DNA of 64,000 nt from Eledone cirrhosa (lineage: Eukaryota). The translations under genes were made by a program, and so were the position numbers. The notes beneath the pieces were generated by a model. That model had not been told where the DNA came from and did not search any database. It saw only the letters and a list, made by a program, of their open reading frames with translations. Below are positions 29,101-43,800 of this stretch, in pieces. Location of the stretch: contig OZ024743.1 in assembly GCA_964016885.1 (NCBI GenBank), positions 62,248,001 through 62,312,000 on the forward strand. Reading direction: 5' to 3'. The first letter of the stretch is position 1; every line of letters starts with the position of its first letter.

Positions 29101-30096
29101 GGGAACTCATCTCCTTCTACGTATAAATTTAACGAATTCTTAATTTTTCTTAGTACATTCTCACTTATCGAATCCTGTTCTGTGCAAGAACCCTAATCAC
29201 AATCATGCACTCTTTATCTATAGTTAAAGACTGATTAGAGGTTCGGTGACATCACCGTGTTATTAATACTATAAATGTAGAACAACCAGATCACTGCGAT
29301 CTGAGTTTAAATTACACGGAAGTCAACTTTGCCTTTTCACCCTTTCAGGGTCGAAAAATAAAGTACCAAGCTAGGGCAATAGATTGGCAGAAATGCTAAA
29401 GTGTAGAACAAAATGCCTCGTGGTATTTGTTCTGAGCCTCTGCGTTCTGCGTTCAAATCCCACCGACGGCAACTTGCCTTTCATCCTTTTGAGGTCGATA
29501 AAATAAGTATCAGTTCAAGGGCGGTGAATAGGCAGAAATCTTTGAGCGTCGGGCGAGATGTGGTATTTGTTTCGGCTCTTTACATTCTCAGTTTGACATG
29601 GCCTTGTGGATGATAGCCTTATTTCCTCACCCGATTTAATACCACAACCTAGTCCATTCTGTTGTAAGCATCTGAGTCAGGTCTCCGATAAAACCGCTTA
29701 GCCTAGATCTTAGAGTATTGGACTCAAGATCGTAAAGTCATGGTTTCGATTCCTTGACAGGGTATTGCTTTGTCTTCTTGGTCGAAAGTACCTTATTTCA
29801 CGTTATTCCTGTCGTGCGTTGAAACCGACAGATAGTATGAGAAATGAAAAGGCTTATGGAAATATTGTTTTTGATTTGACGATTGGCTCCGTCAGTTTTT
29901 TTTTCTCCAGTTTCAGGAAACCTTCCTCCATCCTTCCTTTCTACCAGTCTCAGATGCTTTGAAAAGGGTCATGATCGCTGCTCTTCCCTCCCTGACTCTG
30001 TGTGTTTGTACGTCCGTGTCTGTGTGTGTGTGTTTGTACGTCCATCCCTGTGTGTGTGTGTTTGTATGTCCGTCCCTGCGTATGTGTGTGTAAGTC

Positions 30097-30241
<145 letters not shown>

Positions 30242-30450
30242 ACACGTGTGTGGACCAGGTTTGTATGTATAAAAGAAGAACGATTTAAAAAAAAAAGAAT
30301 CAATTCTTTTGATTTCTTCATTAAAACCTTCCGTGGTAACTCTCTATCTCTCTCTTTCACTCTCTCTCTCTCGCTCTCGCTCTCTCTCTCTCTCTCTCAC
30401 TCTATCTCACTCTCTCTCTCTCAATCTCTTCTTCTCTAACTTTTATACAG

Positions 30451-30558
30451 GTCAATGCAGCCGTGGAGTCTGTTTCAATGGTGCGAGCGTGTAATGGTGG
30501 ATATATGCCCCTCTTGCTCCTGTCCCCCCCGGATTCCATGGTCCCCGATGTCAATATG
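30451..30558 (+). CDS. MEGF6: MEGF6-like gene, first EGF-like exon (disrupted as assembled: three +1 shifts and TAA at 30492)
   Basis: ctaac branch site plus tacAG acceptor, GTAAG donor, phase 1-1; mosaic translation RQCSRGVCFNG..CNGGYMP.CSCPPGFHGPRCQY matches the MEGF6 EGF1 pattern, but the cysteines lie in three successive frames. Confidence 0.85.
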
Positions 30559-31492
30559 GTAAGATCATAAAGTGCTTCCTTTCCATTTATGTTATCTTTG
30601 ATTACCAGTTTTGCTTCCATTGAGGGTTCTAATCCATTTACCGAGAACAAAACTCCCAGTTTATTTGTTTTTTCCTTGATATTTTTTGTTGTTGTGAGCC
30701 CCATCTTGTGTGTATAAAAAGCTGTAGTTCTGTATATATATCTAAATAATGTTTATGAGTCTGTGTGTTTATTAGTGTGTTGTGAGGCCTGGTGAGTGTA
30801 TGTAAAGTGTATGTAAATATTTGTAATTCTCTCTATATATATATATATTTGATAATGGGTGTGTCTGTGTGCACCATGTTTTAAGTGCATAAAACTTTGT
30901 AATGTTGTATATGTATCTGATTGCGTTTATATATATACCCGTGTGTGTGTGTGTGGACCAACTTTGTGTGTATATACATTTGTAATGCTGTATATGCATA
31001 TAATAGTGTTTTATATGTGTATGTATGTGTGTGTGTGTGTATATATATGTGTGTGCGTGTGGACCAACATTGTGTGTATATAAATATGTAATGCTGTATA
31101 TGCATCTGATAGTGTTTATGTGTGTGTGTATGTGTGTGTGTGGACCAACTCGGTGTCTATAGAAATGTGTAGGTACTGTACACACGGCTAAAAGTGTGTG
31201 TAAAGGTGAGTGTGAGAGTCATATGAGAATGTGCGTTTTACAGAATTAAATGGGACCACACTTATGGAAATTATGTATTTATTCATGGATTTTTATGTAT
31301 ACATGTGTATATGTATATAAGTATATGTATGTATGTACGTACGTATGTATATAAGCACATGTATGTATGTATATAAGTATATGTATGTTTGTATGTATAA
31401 GAAATGATATATCCGCGCAGCGTATGTATGTTATAAAATAAGGTCATTAGTATTGCCTACGTAACATCTGATATATAATATTTGGTGTGTAT

Positions 31493-31526
<34 letters not shown>

Positions 31527-32059
31527 TTATATATATATATATGAATGTATGTATAGTATATTTGGCAATATACTGTATGTTAAATTTAAAACATTTTGAA
31601 GACCATTCGCTATGAGTTTTAAAGTAGTGACTATGTCGCTTACTTATTCACGGCAAAAGCAAAGGAGAGTGATCGATAGTCCTGTTTCTCGCTCATTAGC
31701 GTTTATCAAGACCACTCGCCCTTCGCTTCTGCGAGAATTATAGAAGCTGGATTCTTATAGAATTCCAATAATATGACCTCGTAACCCCTGATAGTGTCGT
31801 AGGGGCGCCGCATTGAAATACGGCGTTTCTTGGGCATTTTTTAAGCCTGGCGGAGTACAACATATTTCTTCCAGAGAAAGATAGAAAGGGAGAGAAAAGT
31901 AATGAGAACGGAATATAGAAGATGTATCCTCGAAAGGATGAAAGGCAAACTGACCTCGGCTGAAACGAATACCACGAAGTATTCTGTACGACATTCTAAC
32001 GACTCTGCTAATTCACCGCCCCACACACACACACGTGCCCACACGCACACGCACGCACA

Positions 32060-32745
32060 CTCTGTGTTGAGCAGAGTTATGGGCCTGAAATTGCTTATCT
32101 CATCCCCCTTGTTCTCATCTTTCCTGATCAGCGTTACTACGCATCTGCCTAGAGAACTGGGAATCCTCCCGTTCTGCTGCCAGTTGCAGTAGAGAGCTTC
32201 GAGGACGTCAGAGAACAAGTCTGGCATGCCTATGTAAAACTCATAGGGTAGACCATCTAAACTGGGTGATTTGCGTTTCCCACAGCGGCCTAGGGCATCT
32301 TCTATTTCGCCCGCTGTGACCGGCCTTTCGCAGCCCTCCGCATCCGTGCTCGAGAGTCGCGGTACGCCGTCAAGGTAGGAGCCCTCGCTCGATGTACCGC
32401 TTTGCCCGAACAGTTTGCAAAATGCTGCTGGAAGGCCGTGCACATCTGCTTGAATTCAAGTATAATGCGTCCATCTTTGTCTTGCAAAACCCGAATTGTG
32501 GATTTGTTGCCACTTATCGCCTCTGCCACTCGGGCACAGCTAACAACTTTGGCTCCCTCGTTTCTTAGAGCACGTGTTCTACTTCTGACAATACAACCTT
32601 CGTGTTTCACGTTGAAGAACTAGTCTAGTGCCGTTCTCGCCGCTAGCACGTCAGCTGTACTGCCATTCCTAAGTGCCTCTTCTATTTTAGCTACCAGTTC
32701 ATTTTCAGTTTTGCTTTTTTCTAAAGCTACTTCCTTGCTAAATGC
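32060..32745 (-). mobile_element. L1/Tx1-clade LINE ORF2 fragment
   Basis: EGCIVRSR..PVTAGEIEDAL..KSPSLDGLPYEFY..VVTLIRKD..NFRPITLLNTE, frameshifted; bounded by (CA)n and (GATA)n. Confidence 0.82.
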
Positions 32746-32783
32746 TATCGATGATAGATAGATAGATAGATAGATAGAAGATT

Positions 32784-32847
<64 letters not shown>

Positions 32848-34099
32848 TGTGACTATGTATATATGCAAGAATTGCTGGATGTAGGCACAAAATAAACAAA
32901 CTACACCTTAGGATTTTGCAATCCGAAGGGACCTCAGAAGGCATATGTGTTTTCAGTTTTTGAAAGTCCTTCTGGTATAAAATATTAACAAGGGGCTTCC
33001 AAGCTTTATACAGCTTAAGATCTTACCAAAACTAAATCCGGTCACGATGCAAAGCAAAACTATATATTTTTGAGAGAGAGGGAGAAAGAGAAAGAGAGTG
33101 TGTAGGGGGGGGGGGTCGGCTTTTACAATAGGTACGCCGTATCCCTGCGTTCATGTGAGGTACAACTAAAAGGATTGGCATCAGAAAGCATCCGGCTATA
33201 AAACATCGTTTCAAAATATCCCGTCAAGCCCATGCCAACATGGAGATGTAAAAACGACGATAATAATAACAATGATTTCTACTATAGGCACAAGGCCAGA
33301 AATTTGGGAGGGAGAGGAAAGTCGATTAACTCGACCCCAGTACTTACTGGTACTTTATTTTATCGATCCCCGTAAGGATGAAAGGCAAAACTAACCTCAG
33401 CGGGATTTGAACTCAGAACGTAAAGGGCCATAATATAGATGTAGGGATTAAACTAGTAATAACATTATTCAGCAAATTACTCGATACTTAAAAGTAAAGT
33501 GTGGCCATATTAGAAAGAGTCGGTGCCTGAACTGGCTGTCGAAACGGCAAAGACTCAGCCGTCGGGCCCTGACTCTTTCTAATATGTATAATATATATGG
33601 GGGGGGGTATCCCGTAAACTGGGAGTTCGACAAAAATGATCGATAAAATGAGTAGTGTGAGACACATGATTAAATCAAGGCGATACCTCAGCATGGCCGT
33701 AACCAGTAAACGAAAAAGAAATGTGTGCGTATATATATATATATATGTATGTATGTATATATGAGTGCACATCTATATATGTTGTATGTGTACGGATATA
33801 TTTGAGTGGATGTGTGTGAGAGAACGTGCATAACTGTTTATGTGTGTACGCGTATGCATGTATATGTATATGTTTATGTATATGCAAGTATGTGTATATA
33901 CATGCCATGGGTGCACATAAAATCAGGGTTTCGGTCTACAGTTAAGTAGTTATTGGAAATATTTTATTTTTAATAAATCAATTCACAGTTGCATAAAGAA
34001 CATTACAAATATTGATAGAAATATGAAAGAAAAACAAAGGATAAAAAGAAAACCAAGCAATGAACAGACGGACGAAGGGGTAAAGAAGGGCAGATCTAA

Positions 34100-35125
34100 C
34101 TGTATATGAAAGTAGGAGAAAGGGCTATTTCTTCCTAATTCCCCTATCCACTCCCCCACCAAATATATATTACAACCCCTCTTACTCCCACTCCACCCAT
34201 AACTTTCTTCTTCTCTTACTCCATCGATATCTTTTTCCCCTCCTAACCCATCCATGCCTCCTCCTCCCTCTTACTACATCCATATCCTCCCCTCCCACTC
34301 CATCTATATCCTTCTATTCTTCTCACTCCTTCCATCTCATTCTTCTCTTCATATTTCATCTATATCGCCCCCTCCCTTGCTCTTCCTTCCAACCGTATCC
34401 TCTCCCCTTCACCCACAGTCTTTGACTTAATTTTCCCTACTTTAAACAGACACCATCATTATACTCCACGTCCTTCATCTTCTCCTCCTCCTCCACCACA
34501 TGTCCTTCTCTTCACACTCCCTCTCTTTTTCTCTCCTCCCTCACTCCTCTCTCCTCCCTCTCTCTCTCTATCTCTCCTTGTCTCCCCTTCTCCATGAGCA
34601 ACATTGTCTTAACACACTTCCACCTTCTCTTCACTACCACATCTTCCTCCTCTCTCTCTCCTTCTCTCTCTCCTTCTCTCTTTCCTTCTCTCTCTCCTTC
34701 TCTCTCTCCTTCTCTCTCTCTCTCTTTCTCTCTCTGTCTTTGTCTCCACAGTGGAGTTGGGGGAAGAACTCATTAGAGTATCCAGCTCTCCCCCTCCTCC
34801 ACACAACTCTCTCTTCCCCATCCCCCCCTCCTCCACATACCCATCTCTTCCCACTCTCCCCTCCTCCACACACTCATCTCTTCCCACTCTCCCCCCCTCC
34901 ACACAACTCTCTCTTCCACATCCCCCCTCCTCCACATACCCATCTCTTCCCACTCTTCCCTCCTCCATACACCCATCTCTTCCCACTCTCCCCTCCTCTA
35001 CACAACCCTCTCTTCCCCTCTCTTCTCTCTTTCCATCGCTCTCTCTCTCTCCATGCGGGAATTGAGTGAGGAATTCATTACATCAGCCCTCTCTCCATCT
35101 CCTCCCCACAACCACATCTATTCCT

Positions 35126-35180
<55 letters not shown>
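34100..35180 (+). repeat. polypyrimidine/C-rich low-complexity tract with about 30 bp CCTCCTCCACATACCCATCTCTTCCCACTCT repeats
   Basis: Direct reading. Confidence 0.8.
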
Positions 35181-36608
35181 GGAGTTGTGCGAGGAGTTCA
35201 TTGCATCAACCGTCTTTAACTCTAAACATCTTGAACATATTTCTAGAGAAATGGGATAATCAGCCGTGCTGAAGATAACCCCGGCCACGCGACAGGTCGG
35301 AAGATCTGTTGGTTGTTGGGGAGGTGAGAGGATGTTGGCATAGGAGGTGGGGAATTGGCTGGGTGGTGGGGGGTGAGGAGGAGAGAGGGAGAGAGAGAGA
35401 GGAAGAAAAACTTCAGTAAAATACAGCAGCAGATAAAACTTCTGACGTAGATGTAATAACGATCTTCTTCTTCGCCCCCTTGAGAGGGTCGAGGGTGAAG
35501 AGTCCTCAAACACTCCTTCCAGTGGCTCATGTCAGAAGCAACCGTCTCCAACTGATCCGGCTGGATCCCCGAGTGAAACCAGCCAAGTAATAATGATGAT
35601 GATAATAATTGTTTCTATATTTGGCACAAGGCCAGCAATTACCCCCCAGTGCATTACTGGTGCTTTATTTTATCGACCCCGTAAGGATGGAAGGTAAAGT
35701 TAACCTCGCCGGGATTTGAACTCGGAACGCAAAGGGCCATAACTCTATGCTGCAAAGCATGGTGTCTGATGCTATGGTTTCTGATTTAGGCACAAGGCCA
35801 ACCATTTTAGGGAGTGGGAAAGTCGATTGAATCACTCCAGTGCGTTACTGGTACTTTATTTTAACGACCCTGTAAGAATGAAAAGCAAAGCTAACATTGA
35901 CTTTGAACCCAGATATATGCATGCATGGACCCTTAGTTCACGAAAGAGTCGTAGAGGCGTTGTATTGACATACAGCGTTTCTGGGACATTTTTTAAAACC
36001 CGGTTGAGACAATCTCCTGTCCAGACCCGAACACAGTAGATTTCCTCAATAGAATGATAGAAAAAGTGAGAGAATAGAAGTGAGAAAGAGATAAATAAGA
36101 AGAATCGAACCCAGTACTGGTTTCGTACTTTTGTTTATCGCCCTTGAATGAATGAAAACAAAAGTTGACCTCGGCGAAACGAATACCGCAAAGCATTCTA
36201 TCTGACGTTCTAATGACTCCACCAATTCGTCGCCTCCAAATATATGTGGCACCGTATATGTGTGTGTTCTGAGCGTAGCATAGTCGAATGGTTAAGACGT
36301 TCGCTTTGCAATCATAAAGTGGAGGGCTCGACCATACTGCGAGGTATGTTCGGTGTTATTTACCATAGTCCCAGTTCAAGCGAAGCCTTGTCAGTCAGAT
36401 TGGATTTGTGGATACTGTTTGAAAAACCGTCAGATAGACTGTACTTGTAATTCAAAGAGTCATCCACGTCACACTGTATCGCTGGAAATTGTGTTAAGGG
36501 TACACGTGTTTGTGGAATGCTCAGCCACTTGCACGTTAATTTCACGTTAATTTCACGAGCTGGTTGTTTCGTTGATCGAATAACTGGAACACTCATCGAC
36601 TGAGATCT

Positions 36609-36710
<102 letters not shown>

Positions 36711-37852
36711 GGTGCGTACATGTTGTAGATTGGAGCGGGGTTGATCATATAAGAAAGTATTTTTATTGATGTATCTGGAACATATGTGTGTGCGTCGGGG
36801 TGTGTAATAACTCACGTGCTGTTTGTTATGTGTGTGCCCGCTCTATGTAGTGTATGTAGCTTTGTTTATAGATGTTTTGAATATACAGATTATGGTAACA
36901 GACTTTTGGAATTGAAGCATGTTTGTGTATGTACACACTATTGTTATTGTTTTTGTGTTTTTGTTGCATTCCAAGCCACACTTACACACAGGTTCAGACA
37001 CATATGTATATACACATATATATGTATATACATATGCACGTACATCACATACGTTAACGTACAGTGATGCACTTACATGCGTTTATACATACATACATAG
37101 ATATTCAAATACGCACAATCACTCACCATACGCACACATAGCAAGCATACACTCATTGCATACTCATACACAAACAGATACGACACACACCTTCACAAAA
37201 GAACACTCCACATGATACACACTCGCACACACACACATCACACATACATACAAATACAACACACATATATACACACATCACCCACGCACACCCTTATATA
37301 TATATATACACACACACACATCACACAAACTCACTCAAACACACTCATTCATACAGTATATGCATACGCATACATCCCTTTGAATCGCCTTCAGCCCACC
37401 CCCACCAACTCTCTCACCACTATCACCTCTCTCACCGCCACCACCCCATCTCCTCTCTCACCACCACCATCACCTCTCACCACCATCACCACCACCACCT
37501 CTCTCACCACCGTCACCATCCCCGCCATCTCTCTCACCACCAACCACCACCTCTCACCGCCATCTCTCTCACCACCAACCACCACCTCTCACCGCCACCA
37601 CACCCCCTCCCCTCTCACCACCATCAACATCACTTTCACTATCATCACGGCCACCATCACCACCTTTCTCACCGCCACCACTCCCACCTTTCTCACCGCC
37701 ACCACCCCCACCTCTCTCACCGCCATCACCACCGCCACCCCCACTTCTCTCACTACCCCCACCACCCCCATCTTACAAACAAACAATGATTCAGAAATGA
37801 TCCAAGTTATTTACCTTACAATGAACATTAATTAAACTAATTAACTATCGGC

Positions 37853-40800
37853 ATGATGGTGTGGTGGATAGTGTGGTGGTGGTGGTGTGGTGGATAGTGT
37901 GGTGGTGGTGGTGTGGTGGATAGTGTGGTGGTGGTGGTGTGGTGGATAGTGTGGTGGTGGTGGTGTGGTGGATAGTGTGGTGGTGATGGTGTGGTGGATA
38001 GTGTGGTGGTGGTGGTGTGGTGGATAGTGTGGTGGTGGTGGTGTGGTGGATAGTGTGGTGGTGGTGGTGTGGTGGATAGTGTGGTGGTGGTGGTGTGGTG
38101 GATAGTGTGGTGGTGGTGGTGTGGTGGATAGTGTGGTGGTGGTGGTGTGGTGGATAGTGTGGTGGTGATGGTGTGGTGGATAGTGTGGTGGTGGTTGTGT
38201 GGTGGATAGTGTGGTGGTAGTGTGGTGGATAGTGTGGTGGTGGTGGTGTGGTGGATAGTGTGGTGGTGGTGGTGTGGTGGATAGTGTGGTGGTGGTGGTG
38301 TGGTGGATAGTGTGGTGGTGGTGGTGTGGTGGATAGTGTGGTGGTGGTGGTGTGGTGGATAGTGTGGTGGTGGTGGTGTGGTGGATAGTGTGGTGGTGGT
38401 GGTGTGGTGGATAGTGTGGTGGTGATGGTGTGGTGGATAGTGTGGTGGTGGTGGTGTGGTGGATAGTGTGGTGGTGGTGGTGTGGTGGATAGTGTGGTGG
38501 TGGTGGTGTGGTGGATAGTGTGGTGGTGGTGGTGTGGTGGATAGTGTGGTGGTGGTGGTGTGGTGGATAGTGTGGTGGTGATGGTGTGGTGGATAGTGTG
38601 GTGGTGGTGGTGTGGTGGATAGTGTGGTGGTGGTGGTGTGGTGGATAGTGTGGTGGTGGTGGTGTGGTGGATAGTGTGGTGGTGGTGGTGTGGTGGATAG
38701 TGTGGTGGTGGTGGTGTGGTGGATAGTGTGGTGGTGGTGGTGTGGTGGATAGTGTGGTGGTGGTGGTGTGGTGGATAGTGTGGTGGTGGTGGTGTGGTGG
38801 TGGTGTGGTGGATAGTGTGGTGGTGGTGGTGTGGTGGATAGTGTGGTGGTGGTGGTGTGGTGGATAGTGTGGTGGTGGTGGTGTGGTGGATAGTGTGGTG
38901 GTGGTGGTGTGGTGGATAGTGTGGTGGTGATGGTGTGGTGGATAGTGTGGTGGTGGTGGTGTGGTGGATAGTGTGGTGGTGGTGGTGTGGTGGATAGTGT
39001 GGTGGTGGTGGTGTGGTGGATAGTGTGGTGGTGGTGGTGTGGTGGATAGTGTGGTGGTGGTGGTGTGGTGGATAGTGTGGTGGTGGTGGTGTGGTGGATA
39101 GTGTGGTGGTGGTGGTGTGGTGGATAGTGTGGTGGTGGTGGTGTGGTGGTGATGGTGTGGTGGATAGTGTGGTGGTGGTGGTGTGGTGGATAGTGTGGTG
39201 GTGGTGGTGTGGTGGATAGTGTGGTGGTGATGGTGTGGTGGATAGTGTGGTGGTGGTGGTGTGGTGGATAGTGTGGTGGTGGTGGTGTGGTGGATAGTGT
39301 GGTGGTGGTGGTGTGGTGGATAGTGTGGTAGTAGTGGTGTGATGGATAGTGTGGTGGTGGTGGTGTGGTGGATAGTGTGGTGGTGGTGGTGTGGTGGTGG
39401 TGTGGTGGATAGTGTGGTGGTGGTGGTGTGGTGGATAGTGTGGTGGTGGTGGTGTGGTGGATAGTGTGGTGGTGGTGGTGTGGTGGATAGTGTGGTGGTG
39501 ATGGTGTGGTGGATAGTGTGGTGGTGGTGGTGTGGTGGATAGTGTGGTGGTGGTGGTGTGGTGGATAGTGTGGTGGTGGTGGTGTGGTGGATAGTGTGGT
39601 GGTGGTGGTGTGGTGGATAGTGTGGTGGTGGTGGTGTGGTGAATAGTGTGGTGGTGGTGGTGTGGTGGATAGTGTGGTGGTGGTGGTGTGGTGGATAGTG
39701 TGGTGGTGGTGGTGTGGTGGATAGTGTGGTGGTGGTGATGGTGTGGTGGATAGTGTGGTGGTGGTGGTGTGGTGGATAGTGTGGTGGTGGTGGTGTGGTG
39801 GATAGTGTGGTGGTGGTGGTGTGGTGGATAGTGTGGTGGTGGTGTGGTGGATAGTGTGGCGGTGGTGGTGTGGTGGATAGAGTGGCGGTGGTGGTGTGGT
39901 GGATAGTGTGGCGGTGGTGGTGTGGTGGATAGTGTGGTGGTGTGGTGGATAGTGTGGTGGTGGTGGTGTGGTGGATAGTGTGGTGGTGATGGTGTGGTGG
40001 ATAGTGTGGTGGTGGTGGTGTGGTGGATAGTGTGGTGGTGATGGTGTGGTGGATAGTGTGGTGGTGGTGGTGTGGTGGATAGTGTGGTGGTGGTGGTGTG
40101 GTGGATAGTGTGGTGGTGGTGGTGTGGTGGATAGTGTGGTGGTGGTGGTGTGGTGGATAGTGTGGTGGTGGAGGTGTGGTGGATAGTGTGGTGGTGGTGG
40201 TGGTGTGGTGGATAGTGTGGTGGTGGTGGTGTGGTGGATAGTGTGGCGGTGGTGGTGTGGTGGATAGTGTGGCGGTGGTGGTGGTGTGGTGGATAGTGTG
40301 GTGGTGGAGGTGTGGTGGATAGTGTGGTGGTGGTGGTGGTGTGGTGGATAGTGTGGTGGTGGAGGTGTGGTGGATAGTGTGGCGGTGGTGGTGTGGTGGA
40401 TAGTGTAGCGGTGATGGTGTGGTGGATAGTGTGGTGGTGGTGGTGTGGTGGTGGTGTGGTGGATAGTGTGGCGGTGGTGGTGTGGTGGATAGTGTGGTGG
40501 TGGTGGTGGTGTGGTGGATAGTGTGGTGGTGGAGGTGTGGTGGATAGTGTGGCGGTGGTGGTGTGGTGGATAGTGTAGCGGTGATGGTGTGGTGGATAGT
40601 GTGGTGGTGGTGGTGTGGTGGATAGTGTGGCGGTGGTGGTGTGGTGGATAGTGTGGTGGTGGTGGTGGTGTGGTGGATAGTGTGGTGGTGGTGGTGTGGT
40701 GGATAATGTGGTGGTGATGGTGTGGTGGATAGTGTGGTGGTGATGGTGTGGTGGATAGTGTGGTGGTGGTGATGGTGTGGTGGATAGTGTGGTGGTGGTG

Positions 40801-43800
40801 ATGGTGTGGTGGATAGTGTGGTGGTGGAGGTGATGTGGTGGATAGTGTGGTGGTGGTGGTGTGGTGGATAGTGTGGTGGTGGAGGTGTGGTGGATAGTGT
40901 GGTGGCGGTGGTGGTGTGGTGGTGGTGGTGTGGTGGATAGTGTGGTGGTGGTGGTGTGGTGGATAGTGTGGTGGCGGTGGTGGTGTGGTGGATAGTGTGG
41001 CGGTGGTGGTGTGGTGGATAGTGTGGTGGTGGTGGTGTGGTGGTGGTGGTGTGGTGGATAGTGTGGCGGTGGTGGTGTGGTGGATAGTGTGGCGGTGGTG
41101 GTGTGGTGGATAGTGTGGCGGTGGTGGTGTGGTGGATAGTGTGGCGGTGGTGGTGTGGTGGATAGTGTGGCGGTGGTGGTGTGGTGGATAGTGTGGCGGT
41201 GGTGGTGTGGTGGATAGTGTGGCGGTGGTGGTGTGGTGGATAGTGTGGTGGTGGTGGTGTGGTGGATAGTGTGGTGGTAGTGGTGTGGTGGATAGTGTGG
41301 TGGTGTGGTGGATAGTGTGGTGGTGGTGGTGTGGTGGATAGTGTGGCGGTGGTGGTGTGGTGGATAGTGTAGCGGTGGTGGTGTGGTGGATAGTGTGGTG
41401 GTGGTGGTGTGGTGGATAGTGTGGCGGTGGTGGTGTGGTGGATAGTGTGGCGGTGGTGGTGTGGTGGATAGTGTGGTGGTGGTGGTGTGGTGGATAGTGT
41501 GGCGGTGGTGGTGTGGTGGATAGTGTGGTGGTGGTGTGGTGGATAGTGTGGTGGTGGTGGTGTGGTGGATAGTGTGGCGGTGGTGGTGTGGTGGATAGTG
41601 TGGTGGTGGTGGTGTGGTGGATAGTGTGGTGGTGGTGGTGTGGTGGTGGTGGTGTGGTGGATAGTGTGGCGGTGGTGGTGTGGTGGATAGTGTGGCGGTG
41701 GTGGTGTGGTGGATAGTGTGGTGGTGGTGGTGGTGTGGTGGATAGTGTGGTGGTGGTGGTGTGGTGGATAGTGTGGTGGTGGTGGTGTGGTGGATAGTGT
41801 GGCGGTGGTGGTGTGGTGGATAGTGTGGCGGTGGTGGTGTGGTGGATAGTGTGGCGGTGGTGGTGTGGTGGATAGTGTGGTGGTGGATAGTGTGGCGGTG
41901 GTGGTATGGTGGATAGTGTGGTGGTGTGGTGGATAGTGTGGCGGTGGTGGTGTGGTGGATAGTGTGGCGGTGGTGGTGTGGTGGATAGTGTGGTGGTGCT
42001 GGTGTGGTGGATAGTGTGGTGGTGCTGGTGTGGTGGATAGTGTGGTGGTGTGGTGGATAGTGTGGTGGTGGTGGTGGTGTGGTGGATAGTGTGGTGGTGG
42101 TGGTGTGGTGGATAGTGTGGTGGTGGTGGTGGTGTGGTGGATAGTGTGGTAGTGGTGGTGTGGTGGATAGTGTGGTGGTGGTGGTGTGGTGGATAGTGTG
42201 GCGGTGGTGGTGTGGTGGATAGTGTGGTGGTGGTGGTGTGGTGGATAGTGTGGTGGTGGTGGTGGTGTGGTGGATAGTGTGGTGGTGGTGGTGTGGTGGA
42301 TAGTGTGGCGGTGGTGGTGTGGTGGATAGTGTGGTGGTGATGGTGTGGTGGATAGTGTGGCGGTGGTGGTGTGGTGGAAAGTGTGGCGGTGGTGGTGTGG
42401 TGGATAGTGTGGTGGTGGTGATGGTGTGGCGGTGGTGGTGTGGTGGATAGTGTGGCGGTGGTGGTGTGGTGGATAGTGTGGTGGTGGTGGTGTGGTGGAT
42501 AATGTGGTGGTGGTGGTGGTGTGGTGGATAGTGTGGTGGTGGTGGTGTGGTGGATAGTGTGGTGGTGGTGGTGGTGTGGTGGATAGTGTGGTGGTGGTGG
42601 TGTGGTGGATAGTGTGGCGGTGGTGGTGTGGTGGATAGTGTGGTGGTGATGGTGTGGTGGATAGTGTGGCGGTGGTGGTGTGGTGGAAAGTGTGGCGGTG
42701 GTGGTGTGGTGGATAGTGTGGTGGTGGTGATGGTGTGGTGGATAGTGTGGCGGTGGTGGTGTGGTGGATAGTGTGGTGGTGGTGGTGTGGTGGATAGTGT
42801 GGTGGTGGTGGTGGTGTGGTGGATAGTGTGGTGGTGGTGGTGTGGTGGTGTGGTGGTGATGGTGTGGTGGATAGTGTGGTGGTGGTGGTGTGGTGGATAG
42901 TGTGGTGGTGGTGGTGGTGGTGTGGTGGATAGTGTGGTGGTGGATAGTGTGGCGGTGGTGGTGTGGTGGATAGTGTGGCGGTGCTGGTGTGGTGGATAGT
43001 GTGGTGGTGTGGTGTGGTGGATAGTGTGGTGGTGGATAGTGTGGTGGTGGTGGTGTGGTGGATAGTGTGGCGGTGGTGGTGTGGTGGATAGTGTGGCGGT
43101 GGTGGTGTGGTGGATAGTGTGGCGGTGCTGGTGTGGTGGATAGTGTGGTGGTGGTGGTGTGGTGGATAGTGTGGTGGTGGATAGTGTGGTGGTGGATAGT
43201 GTGGTGGTGGTGGTGTGGTGGATAGTGTGGCGGTGGTGGTGTGGTGGATAGTGTGGCGGTGGTGGTGTGGTGGATAGTGTGGTGGTGTGGTGGATAGTGT
43301 GGTGGTGGTGGTGTGGTGGATAGTGTGGCGGTGATGGTGTGGTGGAAAGTGTGGCGGTGGTGGTGTGGAGGATAGTGTGGTGGTGGTGGTGTGGAGGATA
43401 GTGTGGTGGTGGTGGTGTGGTGGATAGTGTGGCGGTGCTGGTGTGGTGGATAGTGTGGCGGTGGTGGTGTGGTGGATAGTGTGGTGGTGGTGGTGTGGTG
43501 GATAGTGTGGTGGTGGTGGTGTGGTGGATAGTGTGGCGGTGCTGGTGTGGTGGAAAGTGTGGCGGTGGTGGTGTGGAGGATAGTGTGGTGGTGGTGGTGT
43601 GGTGGTGGTGGTGTGGTGGATAGTGTGGCGGTGATGGTGTGGTGGAAAGTGTGGCGGTGGTGGTGTGGAGGATAGTGTGGTGGTGGTGGTGTGGTGGATA
43701 GTGTGGTGGTGATGGTGTGGTGGATAGTGTGGTGGTGGTGGTGTGGTGGATAGTGTGGTGGTGGTGGTGTGGTGGATAGTGTGGCGGTGGTGGTATGGTG

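Noticed and set aside
30492-30494. A-to-I editing rescuing the exon stop codon
   Set aside because: Recoding to Trp would still leave three EGF cysteines out of frame; editing cannot repair indels
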